In this document: positions 8,875 through 19,269 of the stretch, one piece after another
Layout of the letters: every line of letters begins with the position of its first letter
How positions within the stretch are numbered: the stretch's first letter is position 1
Origin: Lysobacterales bacterium
GTDB taxonomy: Bacteria > Pseudomonadota > Gammaproteobacteria > Xanthomonadales > Rhodanobacteraceae
Direction: 5' to 3'
DNA: 64,000 bases
NCBI GenBank assembly: GCA_038255665.1
Contig: JBBSLA010000002.1
Coordinates: 9,773 to 73,772, forward strand
Position numbers and translations under genes: made by a program
The notes under the pieces: generated by a model
The model's database searches: none
What the model saw: only the letters and a program-made list of their open reading frames with translations
What the model was told of the DNA's origin: nothing

Positions 8875-11800
8875 ATGCAGAGCAACAGAAAACCCATTCG
8901 CACCTTTATCGTGTGCGCCTTCGTCACGGCGATGGCGCTGGCTGGATCGGCATCGCTGGCGTTCGCGCAAGCGGCGGAAGGCACCACGCCGAGCACGGTC
9001 GATGCGGGCGCGCCCAGCGCGGACGACATCAAGTTGCAGATTGGCTTGCTGAAGTCGCGCAACGACGTGACCGACGACGAGCGCGGATTGATCCTGGACC
9101 AGCTCAACGCGGCGCTCGCGCGAACGCAGAGCGCCGACGCGGCGACCAAGGCCAGCCAGGACTATGCCGAAGAGTTGAGTTCGGCACCCGACAGGATCAG
9201 CGCGTTGACCGCGCAAGTGGAAAACGCGGCTGACGAAGTCGCCGTACCCGAGCCCGACGACAGCGATCTGGTCCGCAGCCAGTTGCGCCTTGCCGCCCTG
9301 CAGGCGCGCGACGTGAAGTTGCGCAGCGATCTGCGCAAACTCGACGAAGTGTTGCAGACAATGGCAACCCGTCCCGCGCAGGCGCGCGAGCAACTGGTAT
9401 CTCTGCGCGCCGAACTCAACAATGTGCGCAGCGTGATTGCGGCCGCGGCGGCGCCCGCGCTGGTCGAAGCAAGCCGGATGCGCGAAGCGGCTGCGCGGCG
9501 CGATCTGTCGGCGCGCATCGACAAGACCGAGCAGGAACTGCTGACCTTGCCCGCACGCGAGTCGATTGCGACGGCGCAACGCGACATTGCAACGCAGGAG
9601 TTGCGCAAGGTCGACGCCGCCAGCCAGGTGCTGGCTGGGAAGATCACCGCGCAGCGACGACTGGCTGCCCAACAACAGGTGGATGATGCGCAAGCCGCTG
9701 CCGCGAAGCTGGCGGATCAACCGCAAGCTTTGCGCGACTATGCCGAGGCGACTACCCAGTTGCGCCAGGGCGCACTTGAGCTGAGCCAGCAACTGGAGGC
9801 GGATCGCGCAAGGCGCGAACAATTGCGCGGCGAGCTGGCGCGCATCACCGCAACGCGAAACAGCGCGGACGAGATCCTCGCCATCGGCCGCGTTGACGAC
9901 CGCTACGGGCGTGCCTTGCGCGGCATCGAAGGCAAATTGCCAAGCGCTGCGAAGCTGGAACGCCGCCTCGCCAAACGCGCCGAACAGGTGACCGATGTGC
10001 GCATCCAGCGCTTGCAGGCGCAGCAGGACCTGCGCGCCCTGGAAATTTCGGAACAGGCCGCGTCGAGCATGGTTGCCGATGCCGGCCTGGCGGCGTCGCC
10101 GGACCTCATCGCAACGGCCAGCACGCTGATCGAAAGCCGTCGCTCGGCGTTGGCCGATCTGGTCAGCCTGCTCGGCCAGCGCATCGAGCGCTTCGGCGAA
10201 GCCAGCGCAACAGACACCGAACTCGCCCAGCAAACCAGTCAACTGCGCAAGCTGCTCAACGAGCGATTGTTGTGGCTGCCAAGCGCGACCGCGATCAGCG
10301 CGGCGTGGCTGACGCAGGAAGTCGGCCCCAATCTGAAGTGGCTGTTTGGTCCGACCGATGTCGGCAAGTTGCCCGTCACGCTTTGGGAGCAACTGCGCCG
10401 GCACTGGATTGCCGTACCGTTGCTGGTGCTATTGATCGTGGTGCTGCTTGCGACGCGACGGCGATTGATCGCATCGCTGGAAACGCTGGCGAAGCCCGTC
10501 GGCCATCGCGGCGACAGTTTCACGGTCACCTTGCTTGCGGCAGTCGTCAGCGTGCTGATCGCTCTGCCACCGCCGCTCATTGTGGGCACGTTGGGAACGA
10601 TGCTGTTCTCGGCGCCAAGCCAGGACACCTACGTGCGTGCGATCGGCGCCGGACTCGTCAACGCCGCGATCGTGCTGTTCATGCTTGGCGTGTTCCAGGC
10701 GATGTGTCGGCGCTTCGGATTGTTCGTCGTGCACTTCGGTTGGGATGAACAAGGCACGTGTCGGCTGGGTCGCGCCTTGCGCCTGCTTGCGCTTGCGCTC
10801 GCGCCGGCTGCGTTTCTGAAAGGCATGGCCGATTCGGTCGGCAGCACGGAACTTGTCGAAGGCATAGGGCGGCTTGGTTTCATGATTGGCTCTCTGGGCC
10901 TTGCCCTCTTCATGTACCGGGTTTTTCGCCCGCACGATGGTGCGCTGACTGGCGGCCTGGACCGCGACCGGTTCATCTGGCGAACGCGACATATCTGGTT
11001 CTGGGTGCTGGTGGCTGTTCCGTTGGCGCTGGCGGTTCTTTCCGTCATAGGCTACTTCGCGACCGCCAGCCAGCTTCAGGCCCGCTTGTTCTCGACTGGC
11101 TGGATAACCCTGCTCATCATCATCGGCTACCGCACTGCAATGCGCGGCGTGATCGTGGCGGGCCGCCACGCGGCGTTCAAACAAGCCGAAGCGCGCCACC
11201 TCAAGTCGAGGTTTCAAACAGATGATGCGAACGGCGAAAGCATGGCCAGTGAAGGCCCCATAGAAACGGTTGACGAAGCGGAAATCGATGTCATTGCGGT
11301 CAGCCGCCAGACCCGCACCGTGTTGCGCGCCGCGGGTGCACTGGTGCTGGTGTTGCTGCTATGGGGCGTTTGGAAAGGCATGTTCGCCGCGTTGAACGTA
11401 TTCGACCAGGTGGTGTTGTGGTCGAACGTGGTCACAACGCCTGCCGGCGATACGGTTTCCGCCGTGACCCTGTTCGACGTGTTGCGCTCGCTGCTCGCCG
11501 TGGTCTTGACCTTCGTTGCCGCGCGCAACCTGCCGGGATTCCTCGAGATCACCGTACTTCAGCGGCTACGCATCGACGCCGGAACGCGCTACGCGATTTC
11601 AACGATCGGCCGTTACCTGATTCTGGGAATCGGCCTGATCGCAGCATTCAACTGGATCGGTGCGGACTGGTCCGAACTGCAATGGATCGTCGCCGCACTC
11701 GGTGTCGGACTGGGTTTTGGCCTGCAGGAAATCGTCGCCAATTTCGTGTCGGGCATCATCATTCTGTTCGAGCGACCAGTGCGGGTCGGCGACCTGGTAT

Positions 11801-12285
11801 CGATCGGAACCAACACCGGCACGGTGACTCGCATCCAGATTCGTGCCATCACCATCACCGACTTCGACAACTTCGAGGTGCTGGTGCCGAACAAGGCCTT
11901 CATCACCAGCCCGGTGCAGAACTGGTCCCTGACCAGCCCGATGACGCGATTGTTGCTCAAAGTGGGCGTGGCCTACGGAACGGATATTGCGTTGGCACGC
12001 AAGCTGATCCTGGACGCCGCGCAGTCGCATGCCAACGTGCTGAAGACGCCGGCGCCGACTGCGCTGTTCGTCAACTTCGGCGACAGCTCGCTCGACTTCG
12101 AGCTGCGCGCCTACGTCGGCAAGATCGATCATCGCCTGGGGACCACGAACGACCTGCTCACGGCCATCGACAGTGCGTTCAAGGGCGCTGGCATCGAGAT
12201 TCCGTTCCCGCAACGCGACTTGCATCTGCGCTCGGGTGTGCCGGGCATCGCCAATCGGGAACAACCCGATCCGCCGGATGCGTGA
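8875..12285 (+). CDS. mscK: Large mechanosensitive channel, MscK/KefA type
   Basis: About 1136 aa. It has a signal peptide, a long coiled-coil periplasmic domain, multiple TMs and a C-terminal MscS core (GVGLGFGLQEIVANFVSGIIILFERPVRVGDLV). Confidence 0.85.
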   Translation: MQSNRKPIRTFIVCAFVTAMALAGSASLAFAQAAEGTTPSTVDAGAPSADDIKLQIGLLKSRNDVTDDERGLILDQLNAALARTQSADAATKASQDYAEELSSAPDRISALTAQVENAADEVAVPEPDDSDLVRSQLRLAALQARDVKLRSDLRKLDEVLQTMATRPAQAREQLVSLRAELNNVRSVIAAAAAPALVEASRMREAAARRDLSARIDKTEQELLTLPARESIATAQRDIATQELRKVDAASQVLAGKITAQRRLAAQQQVDDAQAAAAKLADQPQALRDYAEATTQLRQGALELSQQLEADRARREQLRGELARITATRNSADEILAIGRVDDRYGRALRGIEGKLPSAAKLERRLAKRAEQVTDVRIQRLQAQQDLRALEISEQAASSMVADAGLAASPDLIATASTLIESRRSALADLVSLLGQRIERFGEASATDTELAQQTSQLRKLLNERLLWLPSATAISAAWLTQEVGPNLKWLFGPTDVGKLPVTLWEQLRRHWIAVPLLVLLIVVLLATRRRLIASLETLAKPVGHRGDSFTVTLLAAVVSVLIALPPPLIVGTLGTMLFSAPSQDTYVRAIGAGLVNAAIVLFMLGVFQAMCRRFGLFVVHFGWDEQGTCRLGRALRLLALALAPAAFLKGMADSVGSTELVEGIGRLGFMIGSLGLALFMYRVFRPHDGALTGGLDRDRFIWRTRHIWFWVLVAVPLALAVLSVIGYFATASQLQARLFSTGWITLLIIIGYRTAMRGVIVAGRHAAFKQAEARHLKSRFQTDDANGESMASEGPIETVDEAEIDVIAVSRQTRTVLRAAGALVLVLLLWGVWKGMFAALNVFDQVVLWSNVVTTPAGDTVSAVTLFDVLRSLLAVVLTFVAARNLPGFLEITVLQRLRIDAGTRYAISTIGRYLILGIGLIAAFNWIGADWSELQWIVAALGVGLGFGLQEIVANFVSGIIILFERPVRVGDLVSIGTNTGTVTRIQIRAITITDFDNFEVLVPNKAFITSPVQNWSLTSPMTRLLLKVGVAYGTDIALARKLILDAAQSHANVLKTPAPTALFVNFGDSSLDFELRAYVGKIDHRLGTTNDLLTAIDSAFKGAGIEIPFPQRDLHLRSGVPGIANREQPDPPDA

Positions 12286-12346
12286 GCCCGCTGTCGCCGG
12301 AATATGGCACTGCTACCATTCGGCATCTTGAATGGGAGCCGTGCCG

Positions 12347-12781
12347 ATGAAATCCTGGTCCTTGTTGTTGCTGGCTGCCCTGTCCCTGACGCTGGCGTTG
12401 GCCGCCTGTGCGAAATCCGGAGCCAGCGTGGATATCGGGGGGAAAACCTATTCGGTGGAACTGGCCGAAACGCCCGAGCAACAGGAGCGCGGCCTGATGT
12501 TTCGCGACTCGATGCCGGAAGATCACGGCATGCTTTTCATCTTCCCGGATACCGCGCTGCGCGGCTTCTGGATGAAGAACTGCAAGTTCCCGCAGGACAT
12601 GCTGTTCTTCGACGCCGACATGCGCCTGATCAGCGTGCAGAAGCGCGTGCCGGTCTGCACGGGCGAGCCGTGCCCGTCCTATTCAAGTGGCGCACCGGCC
12701 AAGTATGTGTTGGAACTCAACGCAGGCCAGGCCGACAAGATTGGCGTGCAATCGGGCGACGTGTTCAAGCTCAATCGCTGA
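12347..12781 (+). CDS. DUF192 domain protein (lipoprotein signal)
   Basis: ERGLMFRDSMPEDHGMLFIFPD...FWMKNCKFPQDMLFFD is a typical DUF192 core. Lipobox LALAAC. Confidence 0.8.
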   Translation: MKSWSLLLLAALSLTLALAACAKSGASVDIGGKTYSVELAETPEQQERGLMFRDSMPEDHGMLFIFPDTALRGFWMKNCKFPQDMLFFDADMRLISVQKRVPVCTGEPCPSYSSGAPAKYVLELNAGQADKIGVQSGDVFKLNR

Positions 12782-12800
12782 GCTTGATCTTCCCGAAAAC

Positions 12801-13001
12801 TCAGCCGAGCTCGACCATTTCAAAATCGTCCTTGGTGACGCCGCAATCGGGACAGGTCCAGGTGTCGGGAATGTCTTCCCATCGGGTGCCGGGCGCGATG
12901 CCTTCGTCGGGCACGCCCTTCGCTTCGTAGTAGATGTAGCCACAGACCACGCACATCCAGGTGCGGGACGGCGTGGCTTCGGCGGGACTGGTAGCTGACA
13001 T
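12801..13001 (-). CDS. rubA: Rubredoxin
   Basis: [50 protein letters not shown] contains both CxxC knuckles. Confidence 0.9.
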   Translation of the reverse strand: MSATSPAEATPSRTWMCVVCGYIYYEAKGVPDEGIAPGTRWEDIPDTWTCPDCGVTKDDFEMVELG

Positions 13002-13073
13002 GGAACCTGCGGGCACGGGGGATTAGCCGTCTATGATCGCAGCTTGAACGGATATCGCAAGGCGCAAGCAGGA

Positions 13074-13766
13074 ATGTCCAATTCGCCACATCGTCGCAGC
13101 GCAGTGCGCGGCTTGTATGCCGTAACCGATGGGCCGCGCGGCGATCTGCTCGACGTGATCGCCTCCGCGCTGCGCGGTGGTGCTCGCGTGGTGCAGTATC
13201 GCGACAAGACCCAAGACGCTGAGCGCCGTCGTGCAGAAGCCGAATCGATCATTGCGTTATGTCGTCGGCACGATTCCTTGTTCATCATCAACGACGATAT
13301 CGACCTCGCGCTCGCGGTGGGCGCCGATGGCGTGCACCTGGGCGAGAACGATACCGACATCACGATTGCACGCGAGCGCCTGGGCGAAGCCGCGATCATC
13401 GGCGTGTCCTGCTACGACTCGCTGGAACGAGCCGAAGACTTTGCCGCGCGTGGTGCTGACTACCTCGCGTTTGGGGCGTTCTTCCCTAGCCGCAGCAAGC
13501 AGACGCCGCGCCGCGCGACCGCGCAAATGCTCGTCGATTCGCGAAAGTTTGGCTTGCCACTGGTCGCCATTGGCGGCATCGATGCCGACAATGCCGCGCC
13601 GTTGATTTCCGCAGGTGCGGATTGCATCGCCGTCATCTCCGCGCTATTCGGCGCAAGCGACGTGGAGACGGAAGCGCGCCAGCTCTCGTCGCTGTTCGAC
13701 GCAACATCGCTCCACGCTGCCCCCAGTGTTTCTCCCTTCTCCCGCCGCGAGACGGGTCGGGGGTGA
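13074..13766 (+). CDS. thiE: Thiamine-phosphate synthase
   Basis: LYAVTD...VQYRDK...FIINDDIDLALAVGADGVHLG...VAIGGI. The last ~12 codons run into the adjacent repeat element. Confidence 0.85.
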   Translation: MSNSPHRRSAVRGLYAVTDGPRGDLLDVIASALRGGARVVQYRDKTQDAERRRAEAESIIALCRRHDSLFIINDDIDLALAVGADGVHLGENDTDITIARERLGEAAIIGVSCYDSLERAEDFAARGADYLAFGAFFPSRSKQTPRRATAQMLVDSRKFGLPLVAIGGIDADNAAPLISAGADCIAVISALFGASDVETEARQLSSLFDATSLHAAPSVSPFSRRETGRG

Positions 13767-13794
13767 GGGTCCGGCCCTTGTGCCACCGCACGAT

Positions 13795-13996
13795 CTCGTC
13801 ATCCCCGCGAAAGCGGAGACCCATTTTGATTTTGCTCGCTTGCCTTTAGCCAGGCCGGTCAAGCTTATCGACCGCGTGCCTTTCACTTTGCTCGTTGGCG
13901 CAAAAGCGACGAGCAACTGGATCAGACGCTTGACCAGACTGGCGAGAGCCAAGAACCAGATCAAAATGGGTCCCCGCTTTCGCGGGGATGACGACG
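13795..13996. repeat. MITE-like palindromic element with ~36-bp hairpin-bearing inverted arms
   Basis: The left arm ctcgtcatccccgcgaaagcggagacccattttgat (13795-13830) is the reverse complement of the right arm at 13960-13996, with about 2 mismatches. The interior is itself palindromic. Confidence 0.6.
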
Positions 13997-14192
13997 TCAC
14001 GGGTATAGCGAGGAGCAGTCCTTCACCCGCAGCGACGCGCCAACCTCTCCCGCCGGGTGAGGGAAGAACGGCAACCGTTCGCGGTTGCCTCAATCACGCG
14101 GGATAATGCTGCACACATTCCTCCATGCGATGCGCATGTCATGCGCTAACTCTGCGACTGCGGTGCGCAAACCGACAAAAGAAACCAGAACC

Positions 14193-15479
14193 ATGACCAA
14201 CAATCACGAATTGTTTGAGCGCGCCGTGCGGCGCATGCCCGGCGGCGTCAATTCGCCGGTGCGGGCGTTCAAGTCGGTCGGCGGCCAGCCGTTCTTCACG
14301 GCACGTGCTGATGGGCCATACCTTTGGGATGTCGAGGGCAAGCGCTACATCGATTACGTGGGTTCGTGGGGGCCGATGATCGTCGGGCACAACCACTCGA
14401 CGGTTCGCGCGGCGGTTGCCGAAGCGATCGAGCACGGACTTTCGTTTGGCACGCCCTGCCCGGCTGAGGTGACGATGGCGGAAACGATATGTGAGCTGAT
14501 TCCGTCGATGGACGTGGTGCGTATGGTCAACTCGGGAACCGAGGCGACGATGTCGGCGATTCGCCTTGCGCGCGGAGCGACCGGGCGGCATCGCATCGTC
14601 AAGTTCGAGGGTTGCTATCACGGCCATGCCGATGCGTTCCTGGTCAAGGCGGGTTCGGGTGCATTGACGCTTGGCACACCGACTTCTCCGGGCGTTCCGG
14701 CTGCACTGGCGGATCTCACGCTGACCCTGCCCTACAACGATTTCGACGCGGCGACCGCATTGTTCGAAAAGGTCGGCGATGACATCGCCGGGCTGATCGT
14801 TGAACCGGTTGCCGGTAACATGAATTGCATCCTGCCGCGCGAAGGTTTTCTGCAACACCTACGCGAGCTGTGCACACAATACGGCGCGCTGCTGATCTTC
14901 GACGAAGTGATGACCGGCTTTCGCGTGGCGCTGGGTGGCGCGCAGGCGCACTACGGAATCACGCCCGACCTGACCACATTCGGCAAGATCATCGGTGGCG
15001 GCATGCCGGTCGGTGCCTACGGTGGTCGCCGTGATCTGATGGAGCAGATCGCTCCTGCCGGACCGATCTATCAGGCCGGCACGCTGTCAGGCAATCCGGT
15101 TGCGATGGCGGCAGGACTTGCGATGCTGCAACTGGTGCAGACGCCGAATTTCCACGACGAACTAGCGCGGCGTACTCGACTGCTCACCGATGGCCTGAAA
15201 GCATGCGCCGACGGCGCCGGTGTTCCGCTGACGGTCAACCGGCTTGGCGGCATGTTCGGCATTTTCTTCACGAATGAGAACGTCGTCACCTACGATCAGG
15301 CCGTCGCCTGCGACGTTGCCGCGTTCAACCGCTTTTTTCACGCCATGCTCGAACGTGGTGCCTACTTCGCGCCATCAGCATTCGAAGCCGGCTTCATGTC
15401 GATCGCGCACGACGAGGCTGTGATTGCGGAGACGCTTGCTGCGGCGCGCGAGGCGTTCGACGTCGTCAAGCTTGGCTAG
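14193..15479 (+). CDS. hemL: Glutamate-1-semialdehyde 2,1-aminomutase
   Basis: [25 protein letters not shown]...FDEVMTGFR...[15 protein letters not shown]. Confidence 0.95.
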   Translation: MTNNHELFERAVRRMPGGVNSPVRAFKSVGGQPFFTARADGPYLWDVEGKRYIDYVGSWGPMIVGHNHSTVRAAVAEAIEHGLSFGTPCPAEVTMAETICELIPSMDVVRMVNSGTEATMSAIRLARGATGRHRIVKFEGCYHGHADAFLVKAGSGALTLGTPTSPGVPAALADLTLTLPYNDFDAATALFEKVGDDIAGLIVEPVAGNMNCILPREGFLQHLRELCTQYGALLIFDEVMTGFRVALGGAQAHYGITPDLTTFGKIIGGGMPVGAYGGRRDLMEQIAPAGPIYQAGTLSGNPVAMAAGLAMLQLVQTPNFHDELARRTRLLTDGLKACADGAGVPLTVNRLGGMFGIFFTNENVVTYDQAVACDVAAFNRFFHAMLERGAYFAPSAFEAGFMSIAHDEAVIAETLAAAREAFDVVKLG

Positions 15480-15626
15480 GCCACCCGTAACAGCACGGGC
15501 AAACTGGATGACTCGCGAAATCCTTCGCTCGCCCGTCGGGCCATCCGCGATGCGAATGTTCGCTGCGGCATCCTGCCTCCGCAGTCCCGCATTCGCGAGG
15601 ATGGCGTAAAGATGGCCGCGCGATGT

Positions 15627-17132
15627 TTACGCCACCTGCAACTTGATGTCGAGCTGCTTGAAGTAGTCGCGTTCCTGTTCAAGGTCAGCACGAGTCAGCG
15701 GATGACGATCAAGCCATCCATTCGGGAAAACGATTTTCAAACTGCGCTCGCCGGTATCCAGACATACCACGGGCAGCGCATCGTTGCTGCGGCCGCGTTG
15801 CAGCAAGGCCGCCAATCGCAGCAATCCGGTCAGCGAGCGTGCGTCGCGCTGGAATCGCGCTGGCAGGCTGTCGAACTGGGCGCGCTGCGGCTTGCGGCGA
15901 TGAGAGCGGATGATGGTCGCGACCACCTGTTGGCCCTGCCGGGTAAAGCCGGCCAGGTCGGAGTTGGCGACAATGTAGGAGCCGTGCTGATGATGTTGGC
16001 TGTGGGCGATGGCGAGGCCAACCTCGTGGATCTCGGCACACCAGCCCAGCACTTCGCGCTCCAATGCGCCAAGGCCCCAGCTGGCGGCGACTTGGTCAAA
16101 CAACATCTGTGCCGTCTCGCGGACCCGCAGCGCCTGCTCCCTGTCGACGTTGTAGCGCTTGGCAAGCGCGCTGATCGAACCTGCGCGCGGATCGCTATCG
16201 CTGGCGCGGCCGAGCATGTCGTAGAGCAGGCCTTCGCGCATCGCCGTCTCGCAGACGGTCATGCGGGTGATGCCGAGCGCGTTGAACGCAGCTTCGAGGA
16301 TCACCGTACCTCCGGCGATGACGGCGACCCGATCATCACCGAGACCCGGCAGGGCCAACTTTTCGACATTTCCGGCAGTGATAATTGCCGTGCGCAACTG
16401 CTGCAGGGCTTCAGGCGTGATGCCTACTTCGGACCAGGCGTTGGTGACGCAAATCGACTCGATCGCACGCGCCGTTCCCGACGATCCGATCGCCTCAATC
16501 CAGCCGCGCGAGCGGTAGTAGGCGGCGAACTGCTGTAGTTCGACCTCGATCTCGGTCAGCGCCTGACGCCATCGCTTGTCGGTGTATTTGCCATCGGCGA
16601 AAAAGCGCAGCGTGCTGGCGACGCAACCCATCTGCAGGCTCTCGCGCTCGAGTGGCTCGAAGTCCTGGCCGATGATGAATTCGGTGCTGCCGCCGCCGAT
16701 GTCGATCACCAGCCGACGCTGCGGACCACGCGGCAATCCATGCACAACGCCCTGGTAGATCAGGCGTGCTTCTTCGCGGCCCGACACGACTTCGATGGGA
16801 TGTCCCAGCGCCTGCTCGGCGGGCAGCAGGAATTCCTGTGGTCGCGCAAGTTGGCGGACCGAATTGGTCGCTACCGCGTGGACATGGTCGTGCGGCAGGC
16901 CGCTCAGGCGCTGGCCAAAACGTGCCAGCGTGGTCAGTGCTCGATCAAGATGCGCCTGGTCCAGGCTGCGGTCCGCGCGCAGGCCCATCGCCATGCGCAC
17001 ACTGTCGCGCAAGCGGTCGATCACGCGCAATTCGCCGTCCTGATAGCGGGCGACGACAAGATGAAAACTGTTCGAGCCCAGGTCGACAGCCGCAATGATT
17101 TCGCCATCGTGAATTTGCAGGGCGGTACTCAT
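15627..17132 (-). CDS. ppx: Exopolyphosphatase
   Basis: Ppx/GppA N-terminus AAVDLGSNSFHLVVAR; 501 aa; directly downstream of ppk1. Confidence 0.9.
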   Translation of the reverse strand: MSTALQIHDGEIIAAVDLGSNSFHLVVARYQDGELRVIDRLRDSVRMAMGLRADRSLDQAHLDRALTTLARFGQRLSGLPHDHVHAVATNSVRQLARPQEFLLPAEQALGHPIEVVSGREEARLIYQGVVHGLPRGPQRRLVIDIGGGSTEFIIGQDFEPLERESLQMGCVASTLRFFADGKYTDKRWRQALTEIEVELQQFAAYYRSRGWIEAIGSSGTARAIESICVTNAWSEVGITPEALQQLRTAIITAGNVEKLALPGLGDDRVAVIAGGTVILEAAFNALGITRMTVCETAMREGLLYDMLGRASDSDPRAGSISALAKRYNVDREQALRVRETAQMLFDQVAASWGLGALEREVLGWCAEIHEVGLAIAHSQHHQHGSYIVANSDLAGFTRQGQQVVATIIRSHRRKPQRAQFDSLPARFQRDARSLTGLLRLAALLQRGRSNDALPVVCLDTGERSLKIVFPNGWLDRHPLTRADLEQERDYFKQLDIKLQVA

Positions 17133-17160
17133 GGCCGACAGTTCCGACGCGGCGCGGCCA

Positions 17161-19269
17161 TCATCCGCAGATTTCCTTGAGCAACCAAGCCTGTGCCGTA
17201 TGCGGTTTGGCGTTGCCGGGTGTCAATCGTTGGTAGCTGCCATCGGGGAGCAATTCCCAGGCGTGGGTGTTGTCCTTGAGATAGTTGTTCAAGGATTCGT
17301 TGTAAACGCGCTTGGCGACCTTGGGATCGAGCAGCGGGAAACAGGTTTCGACGCGACGCAACAGATTTCGCTCCATCCAGTCGGCGCTGGAACAGAATAT
17401 CTCCGGATCGTCGTCGTTCTGGAACCAGTAGACACGGCTGTGTTCAAGGAAGCGGCCGACGATCGAACGCACCCGTATGTTTTCCGAGATGCCGGGAATT
17501 CCCGGCCGCAACGTGCAGGCACCCCGCACGATCAGGTCGATGCGAACACCGGCCCGCGAAGCTTCGTAAAGCTTCTCGATGACATCTTCTTCGTTGAGCG
17601 AGTTGATCTTGGCAATGATCCGCGCTGGCTTGCCAGCACGTGCATTGGCCGCCTCGCGTTCAATGCGCGCCATGATCCCCGGGTGGAGTGTGAACGGCGA
17701 ATGCAGCAGCCGCTTCAGTTGAATGACGGGGCCCAGGCCGGACAATTGCAGGAACAGCAGGTGAGCGTCGTTGCCGATTTCCGGATCGGCCGTCATCAGG
17801 CCGAAGTCGGTGTAGAACTTCGACGTTACCTGATGGTAGTTGCCGGTGGAAAGGTGCACGTAGCGATGCAGGCTGCCGCGTTCGCGGCGAACGATCAGCA
17901 GCATCTTGGCGTGCGTCTTGTAGCCGATCACGCCGTACACCACCTGCACGCCGGCTTCCTGCAATTGATTGGCCAGACGCAGGTTCGATTCCTCGTCGAA
18001 ACGCGCGCGCAACTCGACGACGACGGTGACATCCTTGCCGTTGCGTGCAGCGGTAATCAGGTGGTCGATGAGCGGTGAATCGTTGCCGGCGCGATACAGC
18101 GTTTGCTTGATCGCATGTACGTCGGGATCGACGCTGGCCTCGCGCAACAACTCGACCACGGTGCCGAACGAGTCGAATGGGTGATGCATGAGAATGTCGC
18201 GTTCGCGAATCGCGTCGAACAGGCTGCGTTCCTCGATGACGGCGCGCTTCATGTGTTGTTTGAATGGTGCGAATTTCAGGTCTGGGCGTTCGACCTGGTC
18301 GTAGATGTTGCCGATTCGGTTCAAGTTGACCGGACCGTCGCAGCGATAGACATCGGTACCGGTCAGTTCCAGGTTCTGGACAAGCATCTCGACGACGGGT
18401 TTGGGGCAATTCTCGGTGACTTCCAGTCGCACCGCGCTGGCATACCCACGCGCATTGAGTTCGGTACGCAACGCGATCGCGATGTTCTCTACCTCGTCAT
18501 CGTCGACGAACAATTCGCTGTTGCGTGTGACCCGGAACTGGTAGGCGCCCTTCACGGCAATACCGGGAAACAGCTCTTCCATGAACTCGTGCAGGATGCT
18601 CGACAGGAACACGAAGTCGTACGCACGGTCGGCAACTTCGGACGGCAGCCGGATGATTCGGGGCAGCGAGCGCGGCGCGCGCAGCAGCGCCATGTGCGCC
18701 TCGCGACCGAACGCGTCAACGCCTTCCAGCGCGACCGCAATAGTCAGGCTCTTGTTGAGGATTCGCGGAAACGGATGCGCCGGATCAAGGCCCAGTGGCG
18801 ACAACACGGGCAGGATTTCGTTGCGGAAGTAACCCTGCAACCAGCGCCGCTGTTTTTCCGTCCAGCGATCGCGGGCGAGGAAGCGAACGCCTTCGCTGTC
18901 CAGTTCCGGCAACAGCACTTCGTTGAGGAAATCATATTGGCGCTTGACCAGGGCTAGCGCACGCTCCCGGATCGCAGCGAGTACTTCGCCAACGGGTGCG
19001 CCGTCGGGTCCCGGCAACGAATCGCCAAAAGCCAGGTGGTGGCGCAGCACGGCAACGCGCACCTCGAAGAATTCGTCCAGATTGGTGCACGAGATGCACA
19101 GGTAGCGCAGCCGTTCCAGCAAAGGCATCTGCGCATCTTCGGCTTGCGCAAGGACGCGAAAATTGAATTCGAGCTGGGCCAGCTCACGATTGAGGTACAG
19201 CGCCGGATCGGCGAGATCGGGATGTTGGGCAGCGACTTCGGTAACGCTTTCAGTCATGATCGAGCTCAT
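17161..19269 (-). CDS. ppk1: Polyphosphate kinase 1
   Basis: YLNRELAQLEFNFRVLAQAED...; 702 aa. ATG at 19269 overlaps the upstream stop (ATGA). Confidence 0.95.
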   Translation of the reverse strand: MSSIMTESVTEVAAQHPDLADPALYLNRELAQLEFNFRVLAQAEDAQMPLLERLRYLCISCTNLDEFFEVRVAVLRHHLAFGDSLPGPDGAPVGEVLAAIRERALALVKRQYDFLNEVLLPELDSEGVRFLARDRWTEKQRRWLQGYFRNEILPVLSPLGLDPAHPFPRILNKSLTIAVALEGVDAFGREAHMALLRAPRSLPRIIRLPSEVADRAYDFVFLSSILHEFMEELFPGIAVKGAYQFRVTRNSELFVDDDEVENIAIALRTELNARGYASAVRLEVTENCPKPVVEMLVQNLELTGTDVYRCDGPVNLNRIGNIYDQVERPDLKFAPFKQHMKRAVIEERSLFDAIRERDILMHHPFDSFGTVVELLREASVDPDVHAIKQTLYRAGNDSPLIDHLITAARNGKDVTVVVELRARFDEESNLRLANQLQEAGVQVVYGVIGYKTHAKMLLIVRRERGSLHRYVHLSTGNYHQVTSKFYTDFGLMTADPEIGNDAHLLFLQLSGLGPVIQLKRLLHSPFTLHPGIMARIEREAANARAGKPARIIAKINSLNEEDVIEKLYEASRAGVRIDLIVRGACTLRPGIPGISENIRVRSIVGRFLEHSRVYWFQNDDDPEIFCSSADWMERNLLRRVETCFPLLDPKVAKRVYNESLNNYLKDNTHAWELLPDGSYQRLTPGNAKPHTAQAWLLKEICG

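Noticed and set aside
8653-10404. 583-aa minus-strand ORF, one of the longest in the track.
   Set aside because: It lies entirely antisense to mscK and has an R/A/G/Q-rich low-information translation. This is the classic GC-rich shadow ORF. The same reasoning applies to 10429-11217 and 11599-12264.
13615-14106. Several 60-160-aa ORFs on both strands between thiE and hemL (for example ...VIPAKAETHFDFARLPLA...).
   Set aside because: They are translations of the palindromic repeat element and its GC-rich flanks. They are mirror-image ORFs on both strands with no RBS.
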